Shown here in pieces: positions 10,593 through 20,529 of a stretch of DNA of 64,000 bases. The notes under the pieces were generated by a model. The model had not been told where the DNA came from and did not search any database. It saw only the letters and a list, made by a program, of their open reading frames with translations. Positions within the stretch are counted from its first letter, which is position 1. Each line of letters starts with the position of its first letter. Source of the DNA: Nannocystales bacterium (GTDB lineage Bacteria > Myxococcota_A > Polyangia > Nannocystales > Nannocystaceae); the NCBI GenBank assembly GCA_050633305.1, contig JBOEGF010000023.1:64001-128000 (forward strand), written 5' to 3'. The translations under genes were made by a program, and so were the position numbers.

Positions 10593-11714
10593 ATGAAGAA
10601 GATTGCTTTGATGGTAGGCGTCGTTACGGCTCTTGTGGGAGCTGAGGCACACGCAGAGACGGACGCGGACAACTTCAACCCACAGACCACGTTCCGGCCG
10701 AACGAGTTCCCGTGGACGTCAGGTCCGATCAACTTGATCCTCGGCGCTTCGATCGCGCTCAACGCTTCCGCGTACCACGAGATCGACATCGAGATGCTCG
10801 GTCAGGGTGAGTACGATTTCGACGCGCAGACTCTCAACTTCACGGGTGACGCTGATGGCGGCACGATGGAGAACGCGCTCGGTTTTGAGGTTAGCGTGAC
10901 CTTCAGTTTTCCGGGCCTTGGCGACTTCGATCTAGGCCTCTACAACATCGAAGAGACAGCGGACGGAACCTTCTCGCCCTACCTTCTTCCCGGAGACGTC
11001 GAGCGTCCGTTTGGGGTGAACGAGTCGATCGGGCCCAACGACCTCTTCGACACTGCGTTTTCGTTCGGCGTCGACGTCACCCTCGACGTGGACTGGGTCC
11101 TCAACGTTCCGGGCATCGAGTACCGGAGCAACCGAATTCTCCTCACCGACGGCGAGGACTCGGTCATCGCCAATGAGGTCGGCGTCTACGACGCAGAAGA
11201 CGACAACTTGGACCTCATCTTGCCCGATCTGGTTCCGGGTGAGTCGAGTGATATCTACGCGACGCTAGAGGGCCAACTCGACGCGGAGATTGCATTCGTC
11301 TTCATCATCAACGCAACAGTCAGCGAGATCCCGGTGGGCCCCATCGAAGTCCCTCTCGACTACCCGGTCAACGAAGGACTTGAAGTCGTGTTCCCGGTCG
11401 AGCTGCTCACGTTCGACGTGCCCGAAGCTCCCGAGCCCGGCACCTCGACCGGCTCCGCAGACGGATCCACCACCGATGAGCCCGCCGCAGACAGCAGCGG
11501 CGGAGACTCCGACTCCGACTCCGACGGCACCACGACCGGTGACCCGATCGACCCCAGCACCTCCGGCGGAGACGGGTCCTCGGGCGGCGGCCTTCCGGCT
11601 GCACCCTCGCCTTCGGACTCCGGCTGCGGCTGCACGGCCAACACCGATGCGGGTGGGTTCACGTGGCTGCTCGGCTTGTTCGGTCTCGTGATGCTTCGAC
11701 GTCGGCGCGACTAG
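10593..11714 (+). CDS. Secreted acidic protein with MYXO-CTERM-type sorting signal
   Basis: Signal peptide ending AHA; C-terminus GCGC...WLLGLFGLVMLRRRRD; SD GGGAG. Confidence 0.88.
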   Translation: MKKIALMVGVVTALVGAEAHAETDADNFNPQTTFRPNEFPWTSGPINLILGASIALNASAYHEIDIEMLGQGEYDFDAQTLNFTGDADGGTMENALGFEVSVTFSFPGLGDFDLGLYNIEETADGTFSPYLLPGDVERPFGVNESIGPNDLFDTAFSFGVDVTLDVDWVLNVPGIEYRSNRILLTDGEDSVIANEVGVYDAEDDNLDLILPDLVPGESSDIYATLEGQLDAEIAFVFIINATVSEIPVGPIEVPLDYPVNEGLEVVFPVELLTFDVPEAPEPGTSTGSADGSTTDEPAADSSGGDSDSDSDGTTTGDPIDPSTSGGDGSSGGGLPAAPSPSDSGCGCTANTDAGGFTWLLGLFGLVMLRRRRD

Positions 11715-11737
11715 ACCGCGCTTGCATCCGGCGAATC

Positions 11738-11764
11738 GGCCACCTCGAAAGGGGTGGCCTTTTT
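11738..11764 (+). terminator. Rho-independent terminator
   Basis: GGCCACCTC-GAAA-GGGGTGGCC followed by TTTTT, between convergent genes. Confidence 0.85.
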
Positions 11765-11782
11765 CGTGGTTCGTTGACGTAT

Positions 11783-12352
11783 CTAGAGCAGTGGGAGCTG
11801 CGGAGGGACAAGCCGCTCCAGTACTTCGGCCTCGACGCGCTCCAACCATCCCTCGCGGTTCTCCGGCGTGAGATGCATGGCCGGCATCTCTCGGCGCGCG
11901 AGCTCTCGCCGCACGCCATCCTCGACGGCGCGCTGAAAGCTCGGGTCGGTCGCGCGCAGCCCGTCCGCGCGGGGATCTTCGATGATCGGGACCACGACCA
12001 ACAGGTCGTACGACGACATCCAGCCGTCGAGGAGACTCTCGAGCGCCTGCTGCCGACCCGCGGCGAGCATCATGTACACGTAGTTGTCGAGCGCGCTGCG
12101 ATCGCACACGACCACGGCGTGACGCTCGGCTGCCACGATCTCCGCGGCGATCTGCGTGTGCAAGATCCACGACTGCGCGGCGACGCTGGTCTGTTCGTTG
12201 ATGGGCAGGGGGCACAGCCGCGCCACCTCGTGCACCATCTCCAACGAGACGTCGCGCGCCTTGAGCCTCGCGGCAAGGCCGTAGCACAAGGTGGTCTTGC
12301 CCACGCCGTGACTTCCGATGAAGGCAAGCTTCAGGCGCTGGGCGTCCGACAT
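11783..12352 (-). CDS. P-loop ATPase/kinase (NadR/AAA_28-like)
   Basis: Walker A GSHGVGKTT, EVAR and VCDRSALDNYVY motifs. Confidence 0.85.
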   Translation of the reverse strand: MSDAQRLKLAFIGSHGVGKTTLCYGLAARLKARDVSLEMVHEVARLCPLPINEQTSVAAQSWILHTQIAAEIVAAERHAVVVCDRSALDNYVYMMLAAGRQQALESLLDGWMSSYDLLVVVPIIEDPRADGLRATDPSFQRAVEDGVRRELARREMPAMHLTPENREGWLERVEAEVLERLVPPQLPLL

Positions 12353-12429
12353 CGCGGGGAGTCTACGCTCCCCGCCGCATCGAAATCCTCCTGACCGCGC
12401 GATGCGTCTCTAGGCCCGCTGTGCGGCCC

Positions 12430-13587
12430 TCAGGCGCACGTGAACACGGCGTCGAGGGACTGAACCGCGGTGTCAATGTCCGCCGCAACAGGGAGCCCAG
12501 CGGCCCAGAAGCTCTCCAGAGAACCGTAGCTGGCAGCGTCACGTTCGTTGCCGGCCCGGTCGAGAACAGGGCCGAGGATCTCCAAGCCCGCCCAGGCCGC
12601 CTCTGCGTCGACGCCCTCGAGATCCCTCAGCGCCTCGAGCCGAGTTCGCACGATCTGCGCCAGACCGAAATCGAGGGCTGTGGTCAGCTGACTCTGCGCG
12701 GAGCACAGCAGCGCTTGGCCATCCATGTCGAGGTCGGCAATCGAGGGCGTGTCGTCGGCGGGGTGAACGTCCCGAATGCATCGGAAGGCGCTGAACCCAT
12801 CCCAGATCGCTTCGTGCGCGTCGGCGCTCACGTCCCGGACGTCGGAGGCAAGTCCGATGCCACCCGCCCGGTCGAAGCCCCCGGTGTAGTACGCCCATGC
12901 CGAGTCGCAGTCTTTCGCCTTGCCCGTGAAGCAAGTGTTCGCCTCTTTGTAGACGGACAAGTAGAGGAACCACAACCCTGCGGCCTCGATGCGCGCAACG
13001 TGGACGTCGGCCTCGCCCTCCCCGGTCTGACCCGCGGCGAAGGCGTCGTTGATGATCGGCGCGATGAGAGCCGGACCCGCACAACGCTCGGGATACGCAA
13101 CCACGTTCTCGGGGACCGTGCATTGCTTGTCACCGTCCACGCCCGGGTCCCAGTCCGACTCGGGGATCTCGGCGAAGTGGAGGTCTTCGCGTCGCTGAAG
13201 CCGAGACTCGAGGCCCTCATCCTCGGAGTACTTCGCCCGGGCCGCGGTGAAGCCGTCGGCCGAGACATCACCCGCGAGGATCGACAAGACCTCTTCGTAC
13301 GCCTCGACGCGCGCGATGGAGCTGGGCGTCCCGTCTACCAGACTATAGCTACCGTCGTCGGTGACACACGCGGGGTAGCTGTCCTCTGCGCCCGGTTGAT
13401 AGTCGTTGGGGCTGGGCGAACACGCGGCGAGGTCGTCTTCGGAGACCAGGTCGCCGCAGGCGTACTCCATGCCGCCTTCGCTCCCACCGTCGGTATCCCC
13501 GGTATCGCCACCAGGCTCGTCGTCGCAACCCCACGCACCGAGCGCGAGCACGAGCACGCCCGCACGAAGTCCAAGCTCCTTCAGCAT
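12430..13587 (-). CDS. Helical lipoprotein of unknown function
   Basis: Lipobox AWGC after re-assigned ATG 13587; acidic and Cys-containing; motif DCDSAWAYYTGG. Confidence 0.78.
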   Translation of the reverse strand: MLKELGLRAGVLVLALGAWGCDDEPGGDTGDTDGGSEGGMEYACGDLVSEDDLAACSPSPNDYQPGAEDSYPACVTDDGSYSLVDGTPSSIARVEAYEEVLSILAGDVSADGFTAARAKYSEDEGLESRLQRREDLHFAEIPESDWDPGVDGDKQCTVPENVVAYPERCAGPALIAPIINDAFAAGQTGEGEADVHVARIEAAGLWFLYLSVYKEANTCFTGKAKDCDSAWAYYTGGFDRAGGIGLASDVRDVSADAHEAIWDGFSAFRCIRDVHPADDTPSIADLDMDGQALLCSAQSQLTTALDFGLAQIVRTRLEALRDLEGVDAEAAWAGLEILGPVLDRAGNERDAASYGSLESFWAAGLPVAADIDTAVQSLDAVFTCA

Positions 13588-13727
13588 GCCCCGATGGTCC
13601 GTCTCCTCGGAGTTGTGCGAAAGCGGACATGCCCCGGACAAAGTTGGAGGGGATTCCCCCCAGTCCGAGCGTGCCTGACCCAGCGATGGAACCCTGTTGG
13701 GAGAACCCGCTGGAACAGGTGGGGCCG

Positions 13728-14372
13728 CTAGGCTGTGACCAAGCCGATGCGAATCGCGTGGCGGACCATGCCAGCGACATTCTTGGTCTCGAGCTTGGCC
13801 ATGAGTCGGCCGCGGTGGCCCTCGATCGTCTTCACGCTCAACCCCAGGTCTTTCGCAATCTCGGGGCTGGATTTTCCCTCGGCCACGAGCTTGAGCACTT
13901 GCCGTTCTCGGGGCGTGAGGTCGGAGCCTGCGCGCGGACCGGACACACCGCGCGAATCATCGAGGACGATCTTGGCGACCTCGGGACTGAAGAACGCGTT
14001 GCCCGACGCCACCGCGACGATGGCCGACACGAGGTCAGAAAGCCCAGATCCCTTGAGCAGGTATCCGCCAGCCCCGGCTCGAATCGCCGGCCGCACATGC
14101 TCGCCAGTGGAGTACATGCTGAGGATCAGCACTTGCGTGTCGGGGAACTGCTTGCGGATGAGCTTGGTCGCCTCGACACCGTCCAACTCCGGCATGTTGA
14201 GGTCCATGACGGCAACGTGTGGCTGGTGTTGTTCGACCAAAGCCACGCCGTCTTTGCCGTTGTCCGCCTCACCGACGACTTCGATGTCGTCTTGGCCATC
14301 AAGCAGGGCCCGAAGGCCTTCGCGGACGATCTGGTGGTCTTCCACCAACACCACGCGGATCGAACTGGACAT
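13728..14372 (-). CDS. NarL/LuxR-family response regulator
   Basis: VVLVEDHQIVREGL, MDLNMPELDG, LTPRERQVLKLVAEGKSSPEIA HTH. Confidence 0.95.
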   Translation of the reverse strand: MSSSIRVVLVEDHQIVREGLRALLDGQDDIEVVGEADNGKDGVALVEQHQPHVAVMDLNMPELDGVEATKLIRKQFPDTQVLILSMYSTGEHVRPAIRAGAGGYLLKGSGLSDLVSAIVAVASGNAFFSPEVAKIVLDDSRGVSGPRAGSDLTPRERQVLKLVAEGKSSPEIAKDLGLSVKTIEGHRGRLMAKLETKNVAGMVRHAIRIGLVTA

Positions 14373-14392
14373 CGAGCGGAGACTAGCACCCC

Positions 14393-15736
14393 TCACCCTC
14401 GCGCGCTCATCGGGAGCGACACCTCGATGCGGGTGCCCTCTCCGGGCGCGGAGGTGATGCTGTGCACACCGTCCAGCAACTCGACGCGCTCGCGCATCCC
14501 CACGAGTCCACGCCGTCGCGGGCCCACCGCGTCGGGGTCAAAGCCCTTGCCGTCGTCCTCGATGCGGACTGCGAGCGCGTCGCCCTCCACGCCCACCCGG
14601 ATCGTCACTTCGCTTGCCTCAGCGTGACGAGCCACATTGGTGAGCGATTCTTGGACGATGCGGTACGCGGTGGTCTCGATCGATGGGTCGAGCTCGACGT
14701 CGACGTCGTAGTGACGCTCGACCTGTACCTGCGTGGCGTCAGAGAGGTCATCCGATGCGCGGTGGATCGCGGCCTCCAACCCGACGTCGTCCAACACGGC
14801 AGGACCGAGCTGGTTCACAGCACGCCGGACCTCCTCGACCGTGTCGTCGACCATGCCGAGTGTGCGGCGCGCCATGACCGTGGTTTTTGCTTCGTCGCCC
14901 TCCCGGGTCGCGAGCAGGTCACCGATCAACTGCACGTGAATCCGAACCGCGGTGAGAGCCTGCCCGGCGGAGTCGTGGAGTTCTCTGGCGATGGCTCGGC
15001 GCTCCGCCTCCTGCATTCGGATCGCGCGCGCCGAGATCTCCCGAAGGTTCTGCTCCTTGCGTTGCAATTCCGCCAACGCATCGCGGAGCTCAGCGCTTCG
15101 AACCTCGACCTTGTTCTCGAGGGTCTCGTTGAGTCCTGCTAGGGCGGCCTGAGACTCTTCGAGACGCCCGACGAGTTCGCGGATGTTGCTTTCGGCGCGT
15201 CCCATCGCGCGCATGGGGAGGCCATAGAGCAGAACGCTCAACACGAGTCCCAATGCCCCAAACCCGAGCATCAAGGTGATCGTGTTGCGCTGCAGCGCCC
15301 GGGTGGAGATGGCCACCCAAACCCGTCCTGCGACCTCGCCGTCCACCTCGATGTCCGCACTGCGCCAGAGCGCGTCAAGCTTTGCAAGCGCCTCGATGTC
15401 ATCTGCCGAACCTCGGATCGGCACGCCCACCGCGTCGACGACCACGACCCTGTCCACGCCCGGCAACTCGAAGTTGGCGACGCGGGTAACGACCTTGGAA
15501 GCGTCGTACTTCCACAGCACAGGTCGCTCTTGCACGTCTTGCCGAAGCAGGCTCGCGGCCTCGCGGGCCGTGCCATCGGCCCGCACCTCGAGGGCGTCGC
15601 GCCCCAACCAGAAGAACGCCATCGGAGCCGAGAGACACGTGAAGAACGCCACCAGCACCGTCAAGGGCGCCAGCCGAGCGCCCAGGTAACGACGCAGCGC
15701 GAGCCGGACCTGTCCCGAGGAGTCATGCAGCGGCAT
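14393..15736 (-). CDS. Membrane sensor histidine kinase (NarX/UhpB-type, HisKA_3)
   Basis: Two TM helices; ERRAIARELHDSAGQ H-box; YRIVQESLTNVARHA; IEDDGKGF; GLVGMRERV. Confidence 0.93.
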   Translation of the reverse strand: MPLHDSSGQVRLALRRYLGARLAPLTVLVAFFTCLSAPMAFFWLGRDALEVRADGTAREAASLLRQDVQERPVLWKYDASKVVTRVANFELPGVDRVVVVDAVGVPIRGSADDIEALAKLDALWRSADIEVDGEVAGRVWVAISTRALQRNTITLMLGFGALGLVLSVLLYGLPMRAMGRAESNIRELVGRLEESQAALAGLNETLENKVEVRSAELRDALAELQRKEQNLREISARAIRMQEAERRAIARELHDSAGQALTAVRIHVQLIGDLLATREGDEAKTTVMARRTLGMVDDTVEEVRRAVNQLGPAVLDDVGLEAAIHRASDDLSDATQVQVERHYDVDVELDPSIETTAYRIVQESLTNVARHAEASEVTIRVGVEGDALAVRIEDDGKGFDPDAVGPRRRGLVGMRERVELLDGVHSITSAPGEGTRIEVSLPMSARG

Positions 15737-15737
15737 G

Positions 15738-16673
15738 TCAGCCTTCCTCCCTTGGCGCCGGCGGGACGGCACCGCGAACCCGAAGCAGCGCCCGACCTTG
15801 AGGAGACAGCGCGAAGTCGATGAATCTCTTGGCCCCCTCGCTGGGCTCGCCGTCGGTGACGAACGCGAGCTCTTTGACGAACGGATACTGGCCGGACTCG
15901 ACGTTGGTTCCAGTCGGCTCAACACCTTCGACGGCCAGCGACCGAAAGCCGGCGAGCGAAGGGTCTACGCCATTGCCGTGCAGTCCAAGGGCGCCCGGGG
16001 TGTTGGCCAGTGCCACCTGCATGGCGCCGTCGTGGTAGAGCACGCGAACGGTTCCAAGGTCTCGACTGCGGTCGGTGGCCTCGACGAACCCGGGCGCGGC
16101 CGCGTCCACAACCCGGTGGGACGAGTCCCCGGCCTCCCGCAACAGCACCACCACCTTCGCTCCGTTGCTCCACCGATCTTCGACGCCGCCGAACAAGGCC
16201 TCGAGGCGCTCGGTGGTCACCGAACGATCGGGGACGTCGAGGCCAGCCGCGACAACGACCGGGATCCTCGCGAACGGCGTGTAGACGAAGCCCTCCCGCT
16301 CCTCGTCTTCTCGCAGCGGCCGCGACACCAGGGCAACGTCGATCGCTCCATCGCGGAGCGCCCGCAGACCTCCTCCGGACCCGATGCTTGCGTGGACTTC
16401 TGCGGCAACATCGAGTTGCGGCATCGCAGTGCCCGCGAGCATCCTGGCCAGTGGGACACACGACCCGGACCCGGCGATGTGCAGGTGGGGGCCGTCCGGG
16501 CGCTCGGGTGCCTCGGCCTGAACCAGGGTGGTCAGAAACGCGGGCCGGGAGTCCTCACCGACGTCCCGCACATCGAGCACAGCCCAGCCGACAATGCCCA
16601 TGAGCACGGCGAGCGCACCGAGCCACGGGAGCCAATGTCGGCGAGGTCCTTCGCGCACGGGGAAACCGTACAC
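15738..16673 (-). CDS. PstS-like substrate-binding protein with N-terminal membrane anchor
   Basis: LHIAGSGS, SIGSGGGLRALRDGAIDVALVSRPL, REAGDSS, GQYPFVKEL. Start placed at GTG 16673, just past the TonB receptor stop. Confidence 0.85.
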   Translation of the reverse strand: MYGFPVREGPRRHWLPWLGALAVLMGIVGWAVLDVRDVGEDSRPAFLTTLVQAEAPERPDGPHLHIAGSGSCVPLARMLAGTAMPQLDVAAEVHASIGSGGGLRALRDGAIDVALVSRPLREDEEREGFVYTPFARIPVVVAAGLDVPDRSVTTERLEALFGGVEDRWSNGAKVVVLLREAGDSSHRVVDAAAPGFVEATDRSRDLGTVRVLYHDGAMQVALANTPGALGLHGNGVDPSLAGFRSLAVEGVEPTGTNVESGQYPFVKELAFVTDGEPSEGAKRFIDFALSPQGRALLRVRGAVPPAPREEG

Positions 16674-16675
16674 CC

Positions 16676-18976
16676 TCAGAAGCCGATCTGCGTCTCGACC
16701 ATCACGCTCCGGCCTGGACCGTTCACGCTCGACCCGTGGGCCCGCCACGGCGCGTCGCCGAGGTTCTCGAACACCATCGCAAACAGCAGGTATGGCTCAA
16801 AGCGATACCCGGCGCGTAGATCGAAGACCGCGTAGCCCGGCGTCCCTCCGATGGGGATTCGGCTGTCAGCCACATCTTGGGGCGCCAGGCGGTCTTGCAA
16901 ACGAGCCCACCGCAGGCCACCCGCGGCATACGCCCCGCTGCGGTGACGCCACCCCAGCTCCGCGGTGCCGTTGAGCGGCGGAACACGAGACATCGGCACC
17001 CGCACGGGGTGACTGGAGTTCTCGCGCGCAAACGGGTTCGGCCGCTCGCCATGCGCGAATGACAGCGTCGTGCGGGCCCACAGCCCCATTGGAAGGTTCG
17101 CCAGTGCGGTCCCCTCGGCTCCCCACAAGAAGGCGTTGCCTTCGAAGTTGTCGAGCTGAAACCGGGTCTGCGAGGCCCCGCACTGCGGTGTCTCGTCAGG
17201 ACAATCTTCGACCTCCACGGCGACGCGCCCGATCAGGTCGGCGATCCGGGTCCGGTAGACCCACGCACCAAACTCGAACACACCAACATCGACCTCGACC
17301 CCAGCCTCGAGGGTTAGAGCGCGCTCGGGGTCGAGGTCGGCATTCTCGAACTGAAAACCCGGCCCGGTCTGCTGGCGACTGGTCAGATCGTCGAGGTTCG
17401 GGGCCCGAAAGCCTTGGTCTGCGTTCAGCGAGAAACTCATCCACGGCACCGGGTCCACCGCGATCCCAGCCATCCCCACCGCGGACACCCAGGTCTGATC
17501 GACCGCGGCCGTCTCGCTTCCCAGGTCGCCTGGCGAACTCGCATGGGCGAGGGCCACCCGCCCCCCCGAGCGCAGCCGAATCGTCTCGAGAAACTCGACA
17601 TGCCCCTCCGCGAAGGCACCCGAAGTGGAATACTGCGAGCCGTCGATGTACTGCCCGCGGGACTGGGTGGTGGAGATGCCCGTGTCGTCGAAGCGAAGCG
17701 ACGCGTCGCTCGCCACCCAGTCCAAATAGCTGTCGGCCCCATACACCCCATACAGGCGGACCCACGACGTGGGGTCGAAGTCCTTGGTTCGCAACTTCAA
17801 TCCGGTGCCGACCGTACTCACGTCGTCGACGCCCAGCAGCGTGGTCACCGATGGTGCGCCTCGGTCGAAAACTCGGTCTTCATGCTGCCGCTGGTAGCTG
17901 ACCGTCACCCGCACGTCCTGGGCAGCCGCCGGCCCCTTGGACGCCTCATAGGCGCCGTAGACCAGGGTCCTGAATTGTTCGTCGTACCGAAGACACTCGT
18001 CGCGCGGAGCGGTGGGCGGCGGGCATTTGTCGGTCCGCGGCGCGTCGAGTTGCCGGTAGTCGTAGTAACCCAACGTCACCCGGTGACGCGGGTTCGGCTC
18101 CCACACCGCCCGCACGTCCCCGGTGAGTTCGCGAAATCCGGTCCCACGCTGCGTCTTTCCGTCCGCCTCAAACGCCGGTGGCACTCGCTGCGGCTCCCCC
18201 GTGCCCGGAGCGATCACCGGACCTCCGCTACGCAGCTGTCCAACATCGCGGTAGCCGACCCCCGCCAGCACACCGAACTTCCCCGCAAAGCCGAGGTCGA
18301 CCTCACCGCGCCCGCCGTACGAACCGTCGGCGGTCCCCGTATGGAGAATCGCTTTGCCGTGCGCGACGGTCTTCTTCCCCTCTTCGTGAAGGGTGGGGTC
18401 TCGCGGCGTCGTGAGCAGCGCGCCCCCCAACGCATCAGCACCGTACCGAGTCGAGGCCGCGCCTCGCACGACCTCCAGCTGCTGGATCGTGCGAGAGTCA
18501 ACGGTGAAGAAGTACTGGTTGGGCCCTTGGCGGAACGTGCTGTTGTTCATGCGCACGCCGTCGAAGAACATCACGGTCTGCTGGCCGGTCAACCCGCGAA
18601 CATAGGGCGAGGCTTGGCCGTGGGCGGTCTGCTGGATATAGACACCGGCCTCGTAGCGCAGCGCATCGGGAGCCGACTGCACCAGTCGCTCATCGAGCTC
18701 GCGTCGGCCGACAACCGAACCCGCGCGATCCTCGTCCTCGCGCTCGACCCGGTACGCGGGCACGAGCACCTCGCGCGAGACGTCGCTCTCGTCCGCACTC
18801 TTCCCCTCGTTCTCACGCTTCGGATGCGGGGGTGGCGTCCCCTCCACGGGGTTCCCGTTGAGCGACGGATCGGGTTGGGCCACGACGGCGTCGGGACCCT
18901 CGTAAGACCGCTCGGGTGGCGCCACGGCGAGCGCCATCGCTGTGACCAAGCTGAGCACGCCTGCGAGGACTATCAC
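16676..18976 (-). CDS. TonB-dependent outer-membrane receptor
   Basis: Plug PYVRGLTGQQTVMFFDGVRMNN and LEVVRGAASTRYGADALGG; GFRAPN; C-terminal ENLGDAPW...GPGRSVMVETQIGF. Start approximate. Confidence 0.93.
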   Translation of the reverse strand: MIVLAGVLSLVTAMALAVAPPERSYEGPDAVVAQPDPSLNGNPVEGTPPPHPKRENEGKSADESDVSREVLVPAYRVEREDEDRAGSVVGRRELDERLVQSAPDALRYEAGVYIQQTAHGQASPYVRGLTGQQTVMFFDGVRMNNSTFRQGPNQYFFTVDSRTIQQLEVVRGAASTRYGADALGGALLTTPRDPTLHEEGKKTVAHGKAILHTGTADGSYGGRGEVDLGFAGKFGVLAGVGYRDVGQLRSGGPVIAPGTGEPQRVPPAFEADGKTQRGTGFRELTGDVRAVWEPNPRHRVTLGYYDYRQLDAPRTDKCPPPTAPRDECLRYDEQFRTLVYGAYEASKGPAAAQDVRVTVSYQRQHEDRVFDRGAPSVTTLLGVDDVSTVGTGLKLRTKDFDPTSWVRLYGVYGADSYLDWVASDASLRFDDTGISTTQSRGQYIDGSQYSTSGAFAEGHVEFLETIRLRSGGRVALAHASSPGDLGSETAAVDQTWVSAVGMAGIAVDPVPWMSFSLNADQGFRAPNLDDLTSRQQTGPGFQFENADLDPERALTLEAGVEVDVGVFEFGAWVYRTRIADLIGRVAVEVEDCPDETPQCGASQTRFQLDNFEGNAFLWGAEGTALANLPMGLWARTTLSFAHGERPNPFARENSSHPVRVPMSRVPPLNGTAELGWRHRSGAYAAGGLRWARLQDRLAPQDVADSRIPIGGTPGYAVFDLRAGYRFEPYLLFAMVFENLGDAPWRAHGSSVNGPGRSVMVETQIGF

Positions 18977-19065
18977 CCCTGTCCCCGCACTCGTCGTGCG
19001 GGGGAACCCTTGATCGCCTGCGAAAGCCTGCCCACTGCGCAGGCGCGTGGTATTGTCGGGCGGGG

Positions 19066-20067
19066 ATGAAAACGCATCCCGCAGTGCAGACGCTTCCCAG
19101 CGTCTTTCCGTTCCGGGCACCTGTCCGTGGTCAAATGATCACCAACGGGGGCAGCGGCACGTACTTCATTGGGGCCCACATCGGTGCCGGCTCTTACGGA
19201 GACGTCTACGAGTGCACGGACGAGTGGTCCAACGCGCTCGTCGCCAAAGTGCTCAAGCCGGCGGGGACCTTCGAGGACGTGCAGCGCCAGTGGGAAGCCG
19301 AGGTCGCCAACCTCGTCAACATGCGGCACCCCAACATCACGTACATGCACGACGCGTTCGTGCATGACAACTGCTTCTACATCATCGTCGAGAAGTGCCT
19401 GTACAGCCTCGACCGGGTCTTGCCAAAGATCGATGAGACCTGGGTTCCGCACATCGCCCGCGACGTGCTGCAGGCGCTCGCGTTCATCCACCGCTTTGGC
19501 TACGTGCACAAGGATGTCCACCCGGGCAACGTCTTCGTCAGCCTGACCAGCGATGTCATCAGCCGCAGCGAAGACGCGGGTCCCTACCTGTCGTTCAAGC
19601 TCGGCGACCTGGGCATCACCCGGATGGAGAACGACATCCGGACGACCGGCACCGTGCTCGCCCCGTGGATGCGCCCCCCCGAGGCCATCGACCCAGGACG
19701 CTTCGGCGCGATCGGTCGCCAAACCGACATCTACCACGCAGGTCTGCTGCTGCTTTCCGTCATGCACGGCGAGGTCCTCCTCTTCGAGGAGACCGACATC
19801 GTGGCGGGCGCGCCGCTGCGCATGGCCGACAGCCTCGACTCCCCCTACGGGCAGGCGATCGCCAGCGCGCTGCATCCCAAGGTCATGTACAGGACCCAGA
19901 CATCGCTCGAGTTTTGGCGAGAGATTCAGGCGGCCTTGCAGTACTTGGCTCCGGGCGGTAACGCAACGCCGGCCCCGATGGACCTCGGGCCACCGCTCAC
20001 CGATCCCAGCGGGCCCAACGGCACCACCGGGACCGGCAAGCCGACCAAGACCCGCTCGAGTTCCTGA
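19066..20067 (+). CDS. Soluble Ser/Thr protein kinase (atypical HKD/DLG motifs)
   Basis: IGAGSYGDVY, VAKVLK, VHKDVHPGNV, KLGDLG, PPE, TDIY. Confidence 0.85.
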   Translation: MKTHPAVQTLPSVFPFRAPVRGQMITNGGSGTYFIGAHIGAGSYGDVYECTDEWSNALVAKVLKPAGTFEDVQRQWEAEVANLVNMRHPNITYMHDAFVHDNCFYIIVEKCLYSLDRVLPKIDETWVPHIARDVLQALAFIHRFGYVHKDVHPGNVFVSLTSDVISRSEDAGPYLSFKLGDLGITRMENDIRTTGTVLAPWMRPPEAIDPGRFGAIGRQTDIYHAGLLLLSVMHGEVLLFEETDIVAGAPLRMADSLDSPYGQAIASALHPKVMYRTQTSLEFWREIQAALQYLAPGGNATPAPMDLGPPLTDPSGPNGTTGTGKPTKTRSSS

Positions 20068-20069
20068 CC

Positions 20070-20507
20070 ATGCTTCTCGCCCTGCCGCTGCTCGCCCTCC
20101 CCGGCGACATCACAATGCCCATCGAGGAACTGCGCCAAGCGGTCCCCGGGTTGGCCGGCATCGTCGGGCTGCTGCTGTTCCCGACCGTCGGTTCGTGGCT
20201 GCGACTGCTGCTCGAGTTTCTCGAATGGACACGCCCGGGATTGACGCGACCCAAGCCCGTCTCGGGCTACAGCATCGTCCGCTCGATCGCCACGAGCATC
20301 GGTCTGACCTTCTTCGTCGCGACCTGGTTTCGAGCAGCCGGACAGCTTCGCGACATCCAGGCGGAAGCGCCTGTGGTCGGGCCGAGCATCCAAGGCCTGC
20401 TTGTCGGGATCCTGTTCTGGGCGATCTACGCGGTTGCGATCTCTGCGCTGCGCCGCGATGTCGTTCGTTCACGAAACGCCCGACGCGTAGGCACACCGCT
20501 TCGATAG
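20070..20507 (+). CDS. Small integral membrane protein
   Basis: Three to four hydrophobic segments; starts 2 nt after the kinase stop. Confidence 0.6.
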   Translation: MLLALPLLALPGDITMPIEELRQAVPGLAGIVGLLLFPTVGSWLRLLLEFLEWTRPGLTRPKPVSGYSIVRSIATSIGLTFFVATWFRAAGQLRDIQAEAPVVGPSIQGLLVGILFWAIYAVAISALRRDVVRSRNARRVGTPLR

Positions 20508-20529
20508 CGACCCGCGGACCCCTCCGCGG

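Noticed and set aside
15738..16673. Canonical pstS of a phosphate ABC transporter
   Set aside because: No pstCAB/phoU nearby and the adjacent regulators are NarX/NarL-type, so no gene symbol was assigned.
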